NCBI GenBank assembly: GCA_035084275.1
Contig: CM068756.1
Span: forward strand, 5,084,001-5,148,000
Length of the DNA stretch: 64,000 bases
From: Hydrolagus colliei
Lineage: Eukaryota
Reading direction: 5' to 3'
The notes under the pieces are model-generated. The model was not told where the DNA came from, made no database searches, and worked only from the letters and a program-made list of their open reading frames with translations. The position numbers were made by a program, and so were the translations under genes. Below are positions 1 to 27,310 of the stretch, in pieces. Numbering within the stretch: the stretch's first letter is position 1; the number at the start of each line of letters is the position of its first letter.

Positions 1-461
1 GATAAGCACAGACTTGCCTCTACCAGCCTGTACAGTATCAGTAATACCGTAATAGTCACCAGCTTTTCATAAGATCATAAGAGACTCTTGTTTGAAGAAA
101 ACCCTTTCAGCCATTTCATCCCACGCTTCCGGAGTACTCTACCACCCTTGCATCAAAGCATCAACATGCTTTTTAAAAATTAGTCCCGAGTCTCCTGGCC
201 TCAAGCATCTTTCCCAGTAACCTGGCCCAGGCATTAATTGTCTCCTAAAGAAATACTAATCTGTATTGTAAGCTGTATCGTGCCTATTTTGAAAGTCCTA
301 AACTTGTGCCATCTTGTTCTGTCTCTGTGCACCCGAAAGTATTATTCTGAGTTTACGTTCTCAATCCCTTTTAAAATCTTGTCTATGAGGTGTCCTTTGA
401 CAACTGCTTTCAAGACTGTAGAGCTTGAATGTGTGAACATTGCTCATAGCTCATTCTCCCA

Positions 462-662
462 ACACGATCCCTCCGAAAAAAAACACAATGATAAAAATCA
501 GTCATTTCAATCCACGACTGTTTGTGGGATCACTGCTGTGTGCAATCGGCTGCCGCATTTCACCCACAGAATATACAGTCAATTCACCTTACAGTATATT
601 CTGTGAATCTTTGTCTCAAAGATATGAAAAGCTCTATATCAAATGCAAGGATTATTATTATT
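462..662 (+). mobile_element. 5'-truncated SINE of the same family
   Basis: CATTTCAATCCACGACTGTTTGTGGG...CTATATCAAATGCAAGGATTATTATT. Confidence 0.8.
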
Positions 663-2925
663 GGGGATCATCACCTCTGAATTTGCCTAGTGCTGTTGTA
701 ACAACTACAACACCCCCAGCCCCCCCGAACACACCATTCACATTCTGCTTCAGGCAAAATACCATCTTGCCGAAGGAATTGAGTGAAACTTTATTTTATT
801 TTGATGTTTCTTCACCTCAGCCTCTTCTTTCAAATGTTCTTCCTTCCTCTCTCGTAGGAGAACAATTGTTCATAACTTGCGATTGTTGATAACTTGTCCC
901 CGGAATGAACATTTTCACATGCGAGTTCAATTGATTCTCAGGGTATTTCAAACAGCTATTTTTCTTTATCTCCGAAAGCCTTTAAAACAATCTACGGTTT
1001 CTCCTGTTTGTGTTATATAGAAAGCCAAAACTTGGCGTTTGATCACAGTATATGGAAATATTGTGTACGGACTGAAAGTACTGTATGGTGTTTATTTAAC
1101 TAAATTTAATTAAAGACAAATACACCCTCACGTTCAGTTCTCATATCTAGTAACAAATCAGCCTCCTCAGCATGTTCTCAACAATGAAGTGAACACCGGC
1201 AAGGTTCAGCTGTTTTCAGCAAGAAGATCAAAGTTCCTTCACGGTTGAAAACAGGAAAAAAAAGAACATACTTTCAAAAGAGAACCATCAGGATGTTTAT
1301 CCCAAACCCGATAATTCAATCATCAAATGTTCTGTTTAAAAGTCAACTGTTGCCTTTTCCACAATTGGGTCAAAAGGAAGCTACCTCAGGAAAGCTGAAG
1401 ATTTCAAAGCGTTCTCAGAACCTTTGTGTTTACTCAATTAGTATGGAATATTCTGGGAAGTTTAATTATCGTGGCTAAATAACATGGCTATTGCTATTCT
1501 GCAATACATTGACTGTCCAGCGCCTTGGGAGATGTCCTCCGGACGTGAACGGCCCTATAGAAATGTAATTTTGTTGCAGTACTGATGCAATTGTTGAATT
1601 GCTATTTTATTCATTAATATCGTACAGTACGTTTAGTTTTCCGATGGACTACTGATGTGCAAGTTAGCATTGACTCTTTACAATGTTGCATTTTCCAGAC
1701 ATTTTCAATAATGCCGTTGATCTAGTGGATTCTTATCACCGTTTCAGGCTCTCCAACCGACTGGTGTTTACCATGATGGTACTGATCTGTTTAATAACCA
1801 TTGCAACAGCATCATCTGTGTTCAGAATACGACCGTATCACAGAATGAAATCTTCCAGCCTTGACTTCACACCGTTGCCTTTCCATGAATGGTTCTGATT
1901 CAACAGTATGACAACATGCTGCATTTAAAAATAGAAAGATAAAGCGAGGTTCCTCAACCTCCAAAAATATCAGTTTGGCTATCAGACAATCAGGCGCCAT
2001 TTAGTCACATCTTGTAGCTGAGCAGGGAGTGTAATGAATATAGTGGACATGGCTTTCCACAGGGAAAAGAGTAGTAACTCCCATGTTTCCATTTCAGAAT
2101 CACATGTGCAACCAACACAATTTGTTCTTTGCTCCCCAACAAAACACAGTCACCAGACTAATGCGAATCCTATGAAGTGCTCCCGATGTGAAAGGCACTA
2201 TATGAAAATGCAATTACCATCATTATTATTCTTAATATTATTTTACTAGGTTGTGCCTATGGATCCTGGTTATCATATAGCATAAAGAGTATAAAACTAT
2301 GCCTTAAATTTTCTTAATGTTTTCTAAATCTCAGATCAGCCGAGATTGAATTATTTATATTATTTGCAATGTTCCTCTCCACTTTCTCTCTCTTTTCCTC
2401 TCTCATTGATCGGTTAGCATTCTGCTGTCCGTTCCTCTCTCAAATCCTCGCTTTCTCCCATTTGTAATTTTTCTCTTTCTCTTGTTCCGTGTCCATTCTT
2501 TCCTCAGTCTGCTTGGGGTCCTGTCCTTCCGAAAAGCCTGTGCACATGGTAGCCAATTGCCCAGCGCTCACATTGGAAATGTGTGAATATATACATCAAA
2601 ACACTCGCTATGATTGTGTTATCTCCTCGCTCACTCGACTTCCTCCCCAAAGCAAAACTGGTGACTGTCTTGTTTAGGAATGGGGAACTAAACTTGATCT
2701 TCCCACTAAGTGGAAACCTGAGCTCATTCACTGAAATTGATGAGAATTGTATTGCAAATAAAACCCGTCAGTGTTGTAGCTTCCTTATTAAAAGTTTGTA
2801 GGGTGGGCCCGTTCTTCTCACGGAAATTCTGTACCTTCAACCCCCTTCTTACGTGTGCATCGGATACTTGTGGGATATGCATATGAGCCAAAAATGTATG
2901 CATTCTGGGCAAAGACTCGCCATGT

Positions 2926-3244
2926 GGAGTCCAGTAGCTCAGTGGTGAGAGCACTCGCCTTGCAAGTGAGAGACCTGGGTTCATTTCCAGGCAGGGCAAA
3001 ACCTTGGGCAAGTTTCCTGATTCCACACGCCTGATAATAATCCCGCAAGAAAAAAACCCAATGGTAAATTAGTCATTTCAATCTACAACTGGTTGTGGGC
3101 CACACTGCTGTGGGCAATTGTTTGTTGCGTTTTGTCATATATATGGATATATATACACACACAGTCAATTCACTTTACATTGTATTCTGTGAAGCGCTTT
3201 GGGATGTGATAAGGCGCTTTATCAAATGCAAGGATTATTATTAT
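2926..3244 (+). mobile_element. tRNA-derived SINE (DeuSINE-type), near full length
   Basis: Head GGAGTCCAGTAGCTCAGTGG...GGTTCATTTCC; central GTGGG..ACTGCTGTG..CAATTG block; tail GGCGCTTTATCAAATGCAAGGATTATTATT shared with many copies. Confidence 0.85.
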
Positions 3245-3596
3245 GTGCAATGTCAAGTGCACGTTTATGCCTCCACACATTAATATGAGAGAAAATAGAT
3301 TTCTGTCTATGTTGAGGCTAAGTCAGCAAAGTGAATTCATTTAAAAACATTGTACTTCACAGCTGAATGCTCATTTAGAGCATTTTAAGGTTTTGGCACC
3401 ACTGTGTTTATTCGGTCTGGAGATGATTGCTTCATCTGAATCCTGTTGTATTTACTAAATTGGACCAGGTCATACAGTTGTGAATATTTTGTTGATTGAT
3501 TGATTGTAGTATTGTGCTGGTCAGGATTTCCAACGGTTCCTATTAGTTTCTGCAGAGCACCAATGATTGTCTCTTGTACCTATTTTTCTTTTTTTT

Positions 3597-3760
3597 GCAC
3601 TACAGACAGAGGCCATTTGGCCCATCATGCCTGTGAAGGCTCAATGAAAGATCAATCCAACTACCGGTAGTTTCATTACCCCACTCTACCCCATGGCCCT
3701 GCAAAATATTTCCTTTCCTATTTCCCTTTTGAAAACTACTTTTCCAATCTGCTTATACTC
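3597..3760 (-). mobile_element. Diverged CR1 3'UTR fragment
   Basis: GAGGCCATTTGGCCCATCATGCCTGTG...TTCCCTTTTGAAAACTACT, similar to the 35.1-kb copy. Confidence 0.55.
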
Positions 3761-5683
3761 TATCTAAATGGTTAAAGGTTTGGGCATGGAAGCAGTGTTG
3801 AAGATTGAGCAAATTTAATTCTTAAAGTATCTCAGATTATTGGTATAAAAGTAAGAAAATGTCTTAACCCATCTCACCTCTGTAAATACTAAGCCTCCAT
3901 TAGTAAGTGAAATGGGAGTGTTGCATGTTGACTGGTTTTCCGTTCCAGCTCAAGGTTTATTAAGTATTTTTAAAATTAAGAAACGTGGCTATGTATTGAG
4001 GCAATCACTGTATTGAAACGTTTGTGCTTGTAGTTCCAACAAGCTGAACTTCAAATCCTCATCTTGTCACAGAGAAGATACAAAGCAGTATTTCTCCACA
4101 GAGGGAAAGTTAATACCCAGACGATCATTCTGCCAGTTCAAGTGATCATTAACAACACCATATCAAAATAATTTCCTGGTGCCTTGGCCAGTAATCTTCC
4201 AGACTGATTGACTCCAAGGCTAATTGTGGGTTATTGCCAGATAATATTTGCCTGACATATTTGCCTACAAAAAAAGTAACTAAATTTGACAGTTATTACT
4301 TGCTCCACCCGATGTGAAAGGTGCACATTTCACATGCTCTATAAATTTTGTTGTTGTTGTTGTTGTGGCTGTGCTTTGAGACGTTCAATGCAATAAGCAA
4401 GCAAGTCGAGTTATTTGTTTACTCCAGGGTCAGTTCACGCAGCAGTTGCCTTTGGCGTGTCAAAACAAACCCGGAGGTGTTTTATTTCTGGTTATGATAA
4501 CCAGGTGTCCACAGTGTAAATTAAACTGGCTTATTCAGCAAAGACTGTAAATAAACTAAAAGTCTAACTTCTTTATCACTTAGTCCTACTAATTATAGGA
4601 TGTTGTTGTGTTATCTCAATGTTCTGATATCCTCAGTGTTGGCTGACATGTGCTATATAAATGCACGTTGTTGTTGTTGAAACCAAATTTCTTGATCAAT
4701 TTCACCCAATCGATCTGTGAAATCTTGCTTGCAATCCATAACTCATTAATTCAGAAGAGTCACTTTTCAACACCAGAGGTTTACTTACTGTGTGGTGTGT
4801 GTGTGTATGATACCATCTGAATCATCTTATGCTTCTAACTTTGTTGTTGTATGCGTAACTTACTATGCTTCATAATACAAAAAGCCTGGGGCTTTAAATA
4901 AATAAAGCCATTTTTAAGTGGCATTTCGGGAAGTGATTTAGCTCATATTACAATTCCACCTTCAAATTAATTTCACATACTTTAATTTCATAAATGATTG
5001 GAGATAGCATTGCAATATTGGCAATGCTTGACAAATAAAGGCTTTCAATTGGAGCCAAGCTCTGCCCACCCTGATCTCTGAAAGGATTCTCTGAGCGGTC
5101 GGTGTGTGAGAAAGTTACAGATGCATAACGCTCACTATCAGTTTTGGCCCAAATCTGTTGGGGGAAGGAGGATTTGTTGTGTGCTTAAATGTGTATGTTT
5201 CTTAATTTTAAAAATAAGGTCCCTTCAAAGAAATAGACAACAATATACTGCACTTATATTTAATTATTTTTAAGCGAGTCGCACTTTTCCTTCAAATCCC
5301 TCAAAAGGGAAAATCCGAATCAATGAAAGCTCTTTTAGGTAGATGAAATTCATCCACCTTTGGCTGTAAACAAAGTAAAGGATATGCGTTCTGAAATTTG
5401 CTTTGCAGTTGTGACCTAGCAGACACCGCCTCCCTGAGGATAATGTGCAATGTTGCACTCTACCCCCCCCCACCACCCCACCCCCCCAGCAATGATTGAA
5501 TACAGAAATAATGACACCATATGCAAAATACATGCAGTAGTTTGGATTGATTATCACCTATTCCTCAAGCTTATCAACCAGCAAACAACATACAGTGATG
5601 CAGAGAAATTATCCTCATAAATGTGATGCTATTAGACACCTCGCGTTTAGATAGCACCTTTCGCATGGGGTAGCCTCTTGAAC

Positions 5684-5962
5684 AATAATCCTTGCATTTG
5701 ATATAGCGCTTTTTCTCGTCTTCTGGACGTCTGAAAGCGCTTCATAGAATACACTGTAAAGTGAATTGACTGTATATTTGTGGCCGAAACGCGGCAGCCA
5801 ATTACGCACGGCAGTGTCCCACAAACAGTCATGGATTGAAATGACCAATTTTATTATTGTGGTTTTTTTGGAGGGATTAATATTAGGTGTGTGGAGTAAG
5901 GAAACTTGCCCAAGGTTTCGCCCTGACCTACCTAAGGTTTTGCCCTGACCTGCCTGGATTCG
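5684..5962 (-). mobile_element. SINE of the same family, head truncated, with an internal ~21-bp duplication
   Basis: Reverse complement of body and tail; CCAAGGTTTCGCCCTGACCT is duplicated near 5910-5951. Confidence 0.85.
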
Positions 5963-6708
5963 TTATATGTATAGTCAAAGAATTGAGCATAAATGTTACA
6001 AACAGTTTGAAATAGAAATTGGTGGAGGACACTAAGCACTCTGCAGGGTTTACTGTAAAGTAAAAGAGAAAGGAATTTCCCCCAGTGTCCAGCCCAACAA
6101 TCCCCCAGATAAAATTGATCACTCAATCAATGTGCGACATTACTATGCACCAATTGGATGCTGCATTCGTTGTATGAACATTGTAGTAACCATATTGTAG
6201 TAACCTGTACTGTGTTAATGAATCTCCCACAAGTATAGACATGCCATTTTATAGTATTCTGTGAAGTCCTTTGGGACATCTCGATGACAAGATGGAGCCC
6301 TATATCAAATGCAAGGATTATTTACTGCATATTTTGCAAAGCGTTTTGAGATACAGCTTTGTTTTTACATGAAAAGTAACTTAAGCTGCTTCAGTGAACA
6401 AGTAGTAAATGTACGGAAGAGGCTCCTAAGAGTGACTACGGTGTAAGCACAAAGTTGATTCTTTCCAGAACAAATTAGATAGATCTCTGTTACAAAATAA
6501 TATCTCAGGATCCAGTATAGAGTTTGGGACACCACATGCCAAATGACTGCCAAGATGGTGGAAGATGAATCTTGAATGGACTTGAATGTCTTTCCTTTGC
6601 TTAGAAAATTCTTCTGTTGTTATTGAATAGCTCTTCTATGTTTAGATGATCTGCGACCAATGAATAACATGAACATGTACACAGTATAGGTGACAGGTAA
6701 TCAGAAAA

Positions 6709-7002
6709 GTTAGAGCACTCGCTTTGCAAGCGACAGACCTGGGTTCGATGCCAGGCAGGGCAAAACCTTGGACACATTTCCTTACACCACCCGCCTGATA
6801 ATATTCCCTCATAAACGAAACAATAATAAATTGGTCATTTCAACCGACGACTGTTTGTGGGGCGCTGCTGTGCCCAGTTGGCTATCGCCTTTCGCCCACA
6901 AATATACAGTCAATAACACTTTACACTATATTCTGTGGAGCACTTTGAGGCCTCTAGAAAGCGTGAAAAGCGCTGCAGTACTGTATATCCAAATGCAAGG
7001 AT
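6709..7002 (+). mobile_element. SINE of the same family, just upstream of the KLHDC4 CpG island
   Basis: TAGAGCACTCGCTTTGCAAGCG...GGTTCGATGCC head, then body and tail ATATCCAAATGCAAGGAT. Confidence 0.85.
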
Positions 7003-7054
7003 GAATTTATTCTTCTTCTGAATATTTATTGCTATGGTCTGCAGGGGTGAGCGC

Positions 7055-7129
7055 TGGCCACTAGGGGGCGCGCAGTTCCTACTGGCTCCCAGAAGGCGCA
7101 GTGACAGGCAGTGGCCACCCAGGGGGCGC
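7055..7129 (+). promoter_or_regulatory. Cluster of three CTCF-like motifs
   Basis: TGGCCACTAGGGGGCGC at 7055-7071 matches the CTCF core. Weaker co-oriented copies: CCCAGAAGGCGC ending at 7099 and CCCAGGGGGCGC ending at 7129. Confidence 0.6.
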
Positions 7130-7334
7130 TGTGTGTGGAGTCACGAGTTTAAACTCCTGACATGGCGCCGCGGCCCCGGCTCCCAACACTAACGTTACCG
7201 GGCGGAAGGGGGCACTGTTAGCGGCTCTGGTTACAGGCGGGTGTCGGGGCCGCAGACAGACTAGGCCCGGCAGGGTGGGCGGCAGCCAGAGCGAGAGAAA
7301 AAGAGAGACAGAGAGAGAGCGAGAGAGAGAGAGA

Positions 7335-22927
<15,593 letters not shown>

Positions 22928-24007
22928 AGGGATGATAAACTCTGCCATTGCTCATTTATTTGTGGATGGGAACTGTTGCTTGTGGTTTCAACTGCAACCT
23001 TGGCAATTAGACTTCAATTAATTCAATGAATTGTATCTCTTTACTTTTCTTTATTTTGTAAACTTTACAGCGAATGCCAGACACTTAAACGTATACAGTT
23101 CCTCATTTCCGCCATTTGTGCTTCTTTTGAATGTGTGTATGTGGGGGGGAGTATATTTAAGTTACTAAGGAATTGATTTTAATTTTCATTTGCTGCAGAA
23201 CATATCTCCAAATCCAGTTATAGCAGAGTTGCTGGTTTTAGTTTTCCAGCAATCCGTTTCTTCTCTTGACATTGTGCCCACAGGTTCTTAACGCCTTTTC
23301 CATTCAATTTGTTTCCCTGGTGTCCTAATTCTGAATGATGAAAATGAAGTCCTATGGTGCTTTTTTTAAAAAAAAAGTATTCTTGTACCAAGGAAAAATG
23401 TTTTAAAAACTCCTCTGATTTAACTATCAAAAATTTTGATTTTTTTTCATGTGCATTCCTGCTGGTGTTCTTGCGAATAATCCCCTCTGGATAATATTAT
23501 TCATTCATTTCATGGCTGCTAGTGGGACATGCTGTGCGGAAATTAGCTTCCACATTTGTCTACAAATACATGGTCACCGTAATTTACAGTAAATCCTCTG
23601 AAATGCTTTGACAACTTGATAAGGCACTATGTGCAAAGATTTTTTTTGTATACCTCAGTACTGTATAAGTATAAGTAATAATAAAAAGTTCACACAGAAT
23701 ATGATCACTATCTTTGATTGATTGAAAACCGCGAGAAATAGGAAAAAATATGTGTAGTGTACGTAACTTCATTCAGGCAATTCATGATAATATCCACATT
23801 GATGTGACTGTAATGTAGCTTGCTTTTCTATTGAATTTCTGCTCATGTTATCAAAATTCTTAAAATATCTCCCTTTTGCATAATTTCCGTAAACATTTGC
23901 AAGTGTATTAACAAATCTGATCATCTCAAAACATTTCATCTTTTTATTTTACCAGTGGGGTAACTTTACTGTTTACTTGTTCTAGCAAATGAATTCCAGG
24001 TGGAAAG

Positions 24008-24013
24008 AATAAA
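24008..24013 (+). terminator. Candidate KLHDC4 polyadenylation signal (AATAAA); another candidate at 23680-23685
   Basis: AATAAA about 1.1 kb after the stop codon, followed by T/GT-rich sequence; no transcript evidence. Confidence 0.35.
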
Positions 24014-26994
24014 CGCCTCAATCACTAATTTGTAATTTGGGTAATATGATTCAGCCGGAGTCTATTTGTGTTGTGCAACTTGTGAAGAAGGTTTCTGTGG
24101 ACTTTCTGGTTCATTGCTTGAGGAGGGAGGCGATGGTTTCTCCTCCACGCAGAAGGGAAATCTGCAAAGACTTTGCAATTGTTCCAAACTGTACCATTTT
24201 TCTTTCTTAGTGGTTTGGTTGATGTTTGTTCCAGTTGTACAGATCATGCTGCTTTGTTGGGTATGGCAAGGGGGCAGTGAAGCAGTTTACCTTGTGAGGG
24301 AAAGAGGAATAAACTGCTGCTGATTGCTGGTGGCAAAATCCCACTTTGATTGTTGGTTTATGTATATTTTTATTGTCTTTCTTTGCTTCACCCTGTCCTG
24401 GATTAATGGGGACAATATTCTCATGAGCTCATCTCAACCTAAGCTTCCTGTAGGCCCATCCGGCATCCACCATGCCAGTTCCCACTCTTTGTCAGTTCCC
24501 TGTTCAGCATTTGTGTGGTGGGGTGAAATCAAATTCACATTTTCCAACATTATATTCAGTGCACAAAACTTAACAGTTTCTAATCCATCTGCCTGTAAAT
24601 ACTGATAAAGGATGCCAGACCCTAATTATTATCAAGGGGAGCAAATTCCTCCTCCTTCACCTCTGAAGAAATAGGTCTGTCTCCCTCACATCACCCGTAG
24701 CAAGAAAATAACCACTCATTTCCAAACGCAAATTCACTTTCTTTCTCACTCCTGTATTTTTATAATTACCACATCCCACAAGGGACGTTGTGCAGTCTTA
24801 GTGAAGCCAAAGACAGTCTCCTGATGTGTCAGACAGGATTCCAGAGGTGTGATTAATGTTGGGGCTGATTCAATGTTCTCAACCTCTTAATTTCTGTATT
24901 ATCATAAGGGAAAAAAATGCAGATTGACCAGAAAACGATTTGTATTACCCTGTTTCACAAACTGGGTTAATGATGTGAACTCCAGGCTTGTGTCATCATC
25001 TGTTCCAGGCAGAACTTTTAAATATAGCATTTATCTAAAAGCTCTTCCAAACACTTTGTAGTCAATTAACTTTCTCTATAAAATGCCAGTTAGGCTTTCA
25101 CCCAAAAAGCATCTGCATATTTTCTCCTTGTTGTACCGTGTAACTGGCAATTTAAACGAAGACCAAAAAGTAACACTTTGTATTTTGCAGCCTTTATTGT
25201 TGTCAAAGATCCACTGAAGTACTTCCTCAAGCTTTTGTCCTTTCAACAGTGTCTTAATATGTCTCCAATGGCCCATTATGTGGAACATTAGAAAATGTTC
25301 TCCCATTATTTTATCTGAGAATGTCTTTTTCCCTCTGAAATAAATCCTCAAGCTCATGTGGTTTGAGGTTAGAAAGGAAATGAGTCATCTACAGACTCAA
25401 ATCTTAATTAAATAGATATTACCTTCCTATCAAAACTGACGGTGAATGATGGTCTCTCCACCAATATTCTATAAAAGCAAATCTATTTTAATTTCTCTAA
25501 GACGCAGAATTATTGATCACCTAGAATCAAATCATAGCATTCAAAAAAAGTCTGATTTAATACCTTGGACTTCACGTAAGTGACAATCATCCCAGTCAAT
25601 ACACACAAATCTTTCAAGTGAAGAATTTAATCAGAAGATTTGTTAAATCTTCTGGTATCTCCCCGACCTAACCTTTACACCCGCATATGTTTTTCATCTG
25701 TACTGTCATTCTGATTTGCTACTTTGCCATCATCTGCTAACCTCATGTGATAAACGATCAGGAACTCCATTGCATTATCTTAAAATGTTGCTGCCAAAAA
25801 TCTGTAGGCTGGTTTGTTTCTCATCTAGAAACTCATTGCCTGTTGGTTGAACGTTTTGAAATGATAAAGTTTTCTATTGACTCTTATTTCTGAGGACACT
25901 TCCTTATTTTTTTTAATTAAATTGCACTTGTGATTGATATAAACCTAACCTAAAAATCACCTTCATTCTTTATTCACCCTGCAAGGGTGCCAAGCCAGCA
26001 ATGTGAAGCAGCTTGGAAAGTCCTCCCAGCGTGAAAAGTGCGTGTGTAAATTTGTTTGAAAGTTGCAGTTTGATAGTGGCTGTGTGAAATAATTAGACAA
26101 TTTAAATCCATCAAGGATGAGACACCAGAAGACGATATAACAATTATCCCTATTTTATTTCTGGAATTTTGCTTGAAATACTCAAAGGAAACAAAACGTT
26201 TTCCAGTGTCTGATGTTCCTCCCTCGACAGCCTCTGAAAGGACAGGTAGAAAAGTGATGGTCACCTCCATAGCTTTCTTCACGGCTATTTTTCAGCCTGT
26301 TCTTTGGTGGTGCTGAGGCTAAGTGGAATCTCTCCTGATTTTGCATTCCTCCTATTTACTAGACTTCAGACCTCTTCTCTGGACTTTACCTAATAACAGA
26401 ACCAGAATTGGAAGTTTGCACTCCGGAATTAAGCCATCCAAATGAGGAAATTATCTGAAGCTGAAACTAAGAACTAAATTCATTGTAATGTGTTGCATTC
26501 AGACAAGTTGCATCACCAAAAAACCCTCTCCACTCATAGATAGTATTGGATCATCGCAGATGTGAGATTTGCCAAGGCATGTTTGATCATTTGTAAAATG
26601 GGGGAAATGTTTCAAAATCACTCCTAGCTGTGATGGAAATCCAGTTGTTTTAAATGCTCTGGTATTCTCTGCTGTTTCAAGTTGTCCAGCTTCCCAAACA
26701 ACTGGGAATTCTTCCTCAGAACAAGATGTAAGTGCCTCATTAAACAATGGAGGATCAGTCTCATCGTATCACATTAATTAACAGAGTCGTCTCTTGAGAT
26801 GAGGTAGGTAATAAAACAGTGATTACAAATAGAAAATTGGAGCTGTAGGAATAGCAGAGCTCAAGGTGAAGCGCAGGAAGCCTCGAAGAAGTGCCTTGGG
26901 AGGTAAAGGTCGGGGCAATGGGAAAGAACAAAGGGAAGATCCATTGTAAACAACAATGAACATGCTATTCCGGTTGGAACTACAAGACTTAGTT

Positions 26995-27310
26995 GGAGCT
27001 CTGCAGCTCAGTGGTTACAGCACTCGCCTCGCAAGCGAGAGACTTGGGTTCAATTCCCAGCAGGGCTTAACCTTGGGCAAGTTTCCGTACTCCACACGCC
27101 TGATAATAATCCCCGAAGTAGAAAAAATGCAATAATTTGTTCATTCAATCCACAACTGTTTGTGGGACAATTGTGGGCAATTGGCTGCTGCGTTTCGCCC
27201 ACCAAATTTACACTCAATTCACTTTACAGTATATTCTGTGAAGCGCTTTGAGACATCTAGAAGACGTGAAAAGCACTATATCAAATGCAAGCTTTTAAAA
27301 AATTATTATT
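26995..27310 (+). mobile_element. SINE of the same family, full length
   Basis: GGAGCTCTGCAGCTCAGTGG head through the tail AAAGCACTATATCAAATGCAAG. Confidence 0.88.

Noticed and set aside
1-7000. Exons of an upstream neighbour (SLC7A5 in human synteny)
   Set aside because: No transporter-like coding sequence recognised; the region is repeat fragments and AT-rich DNA
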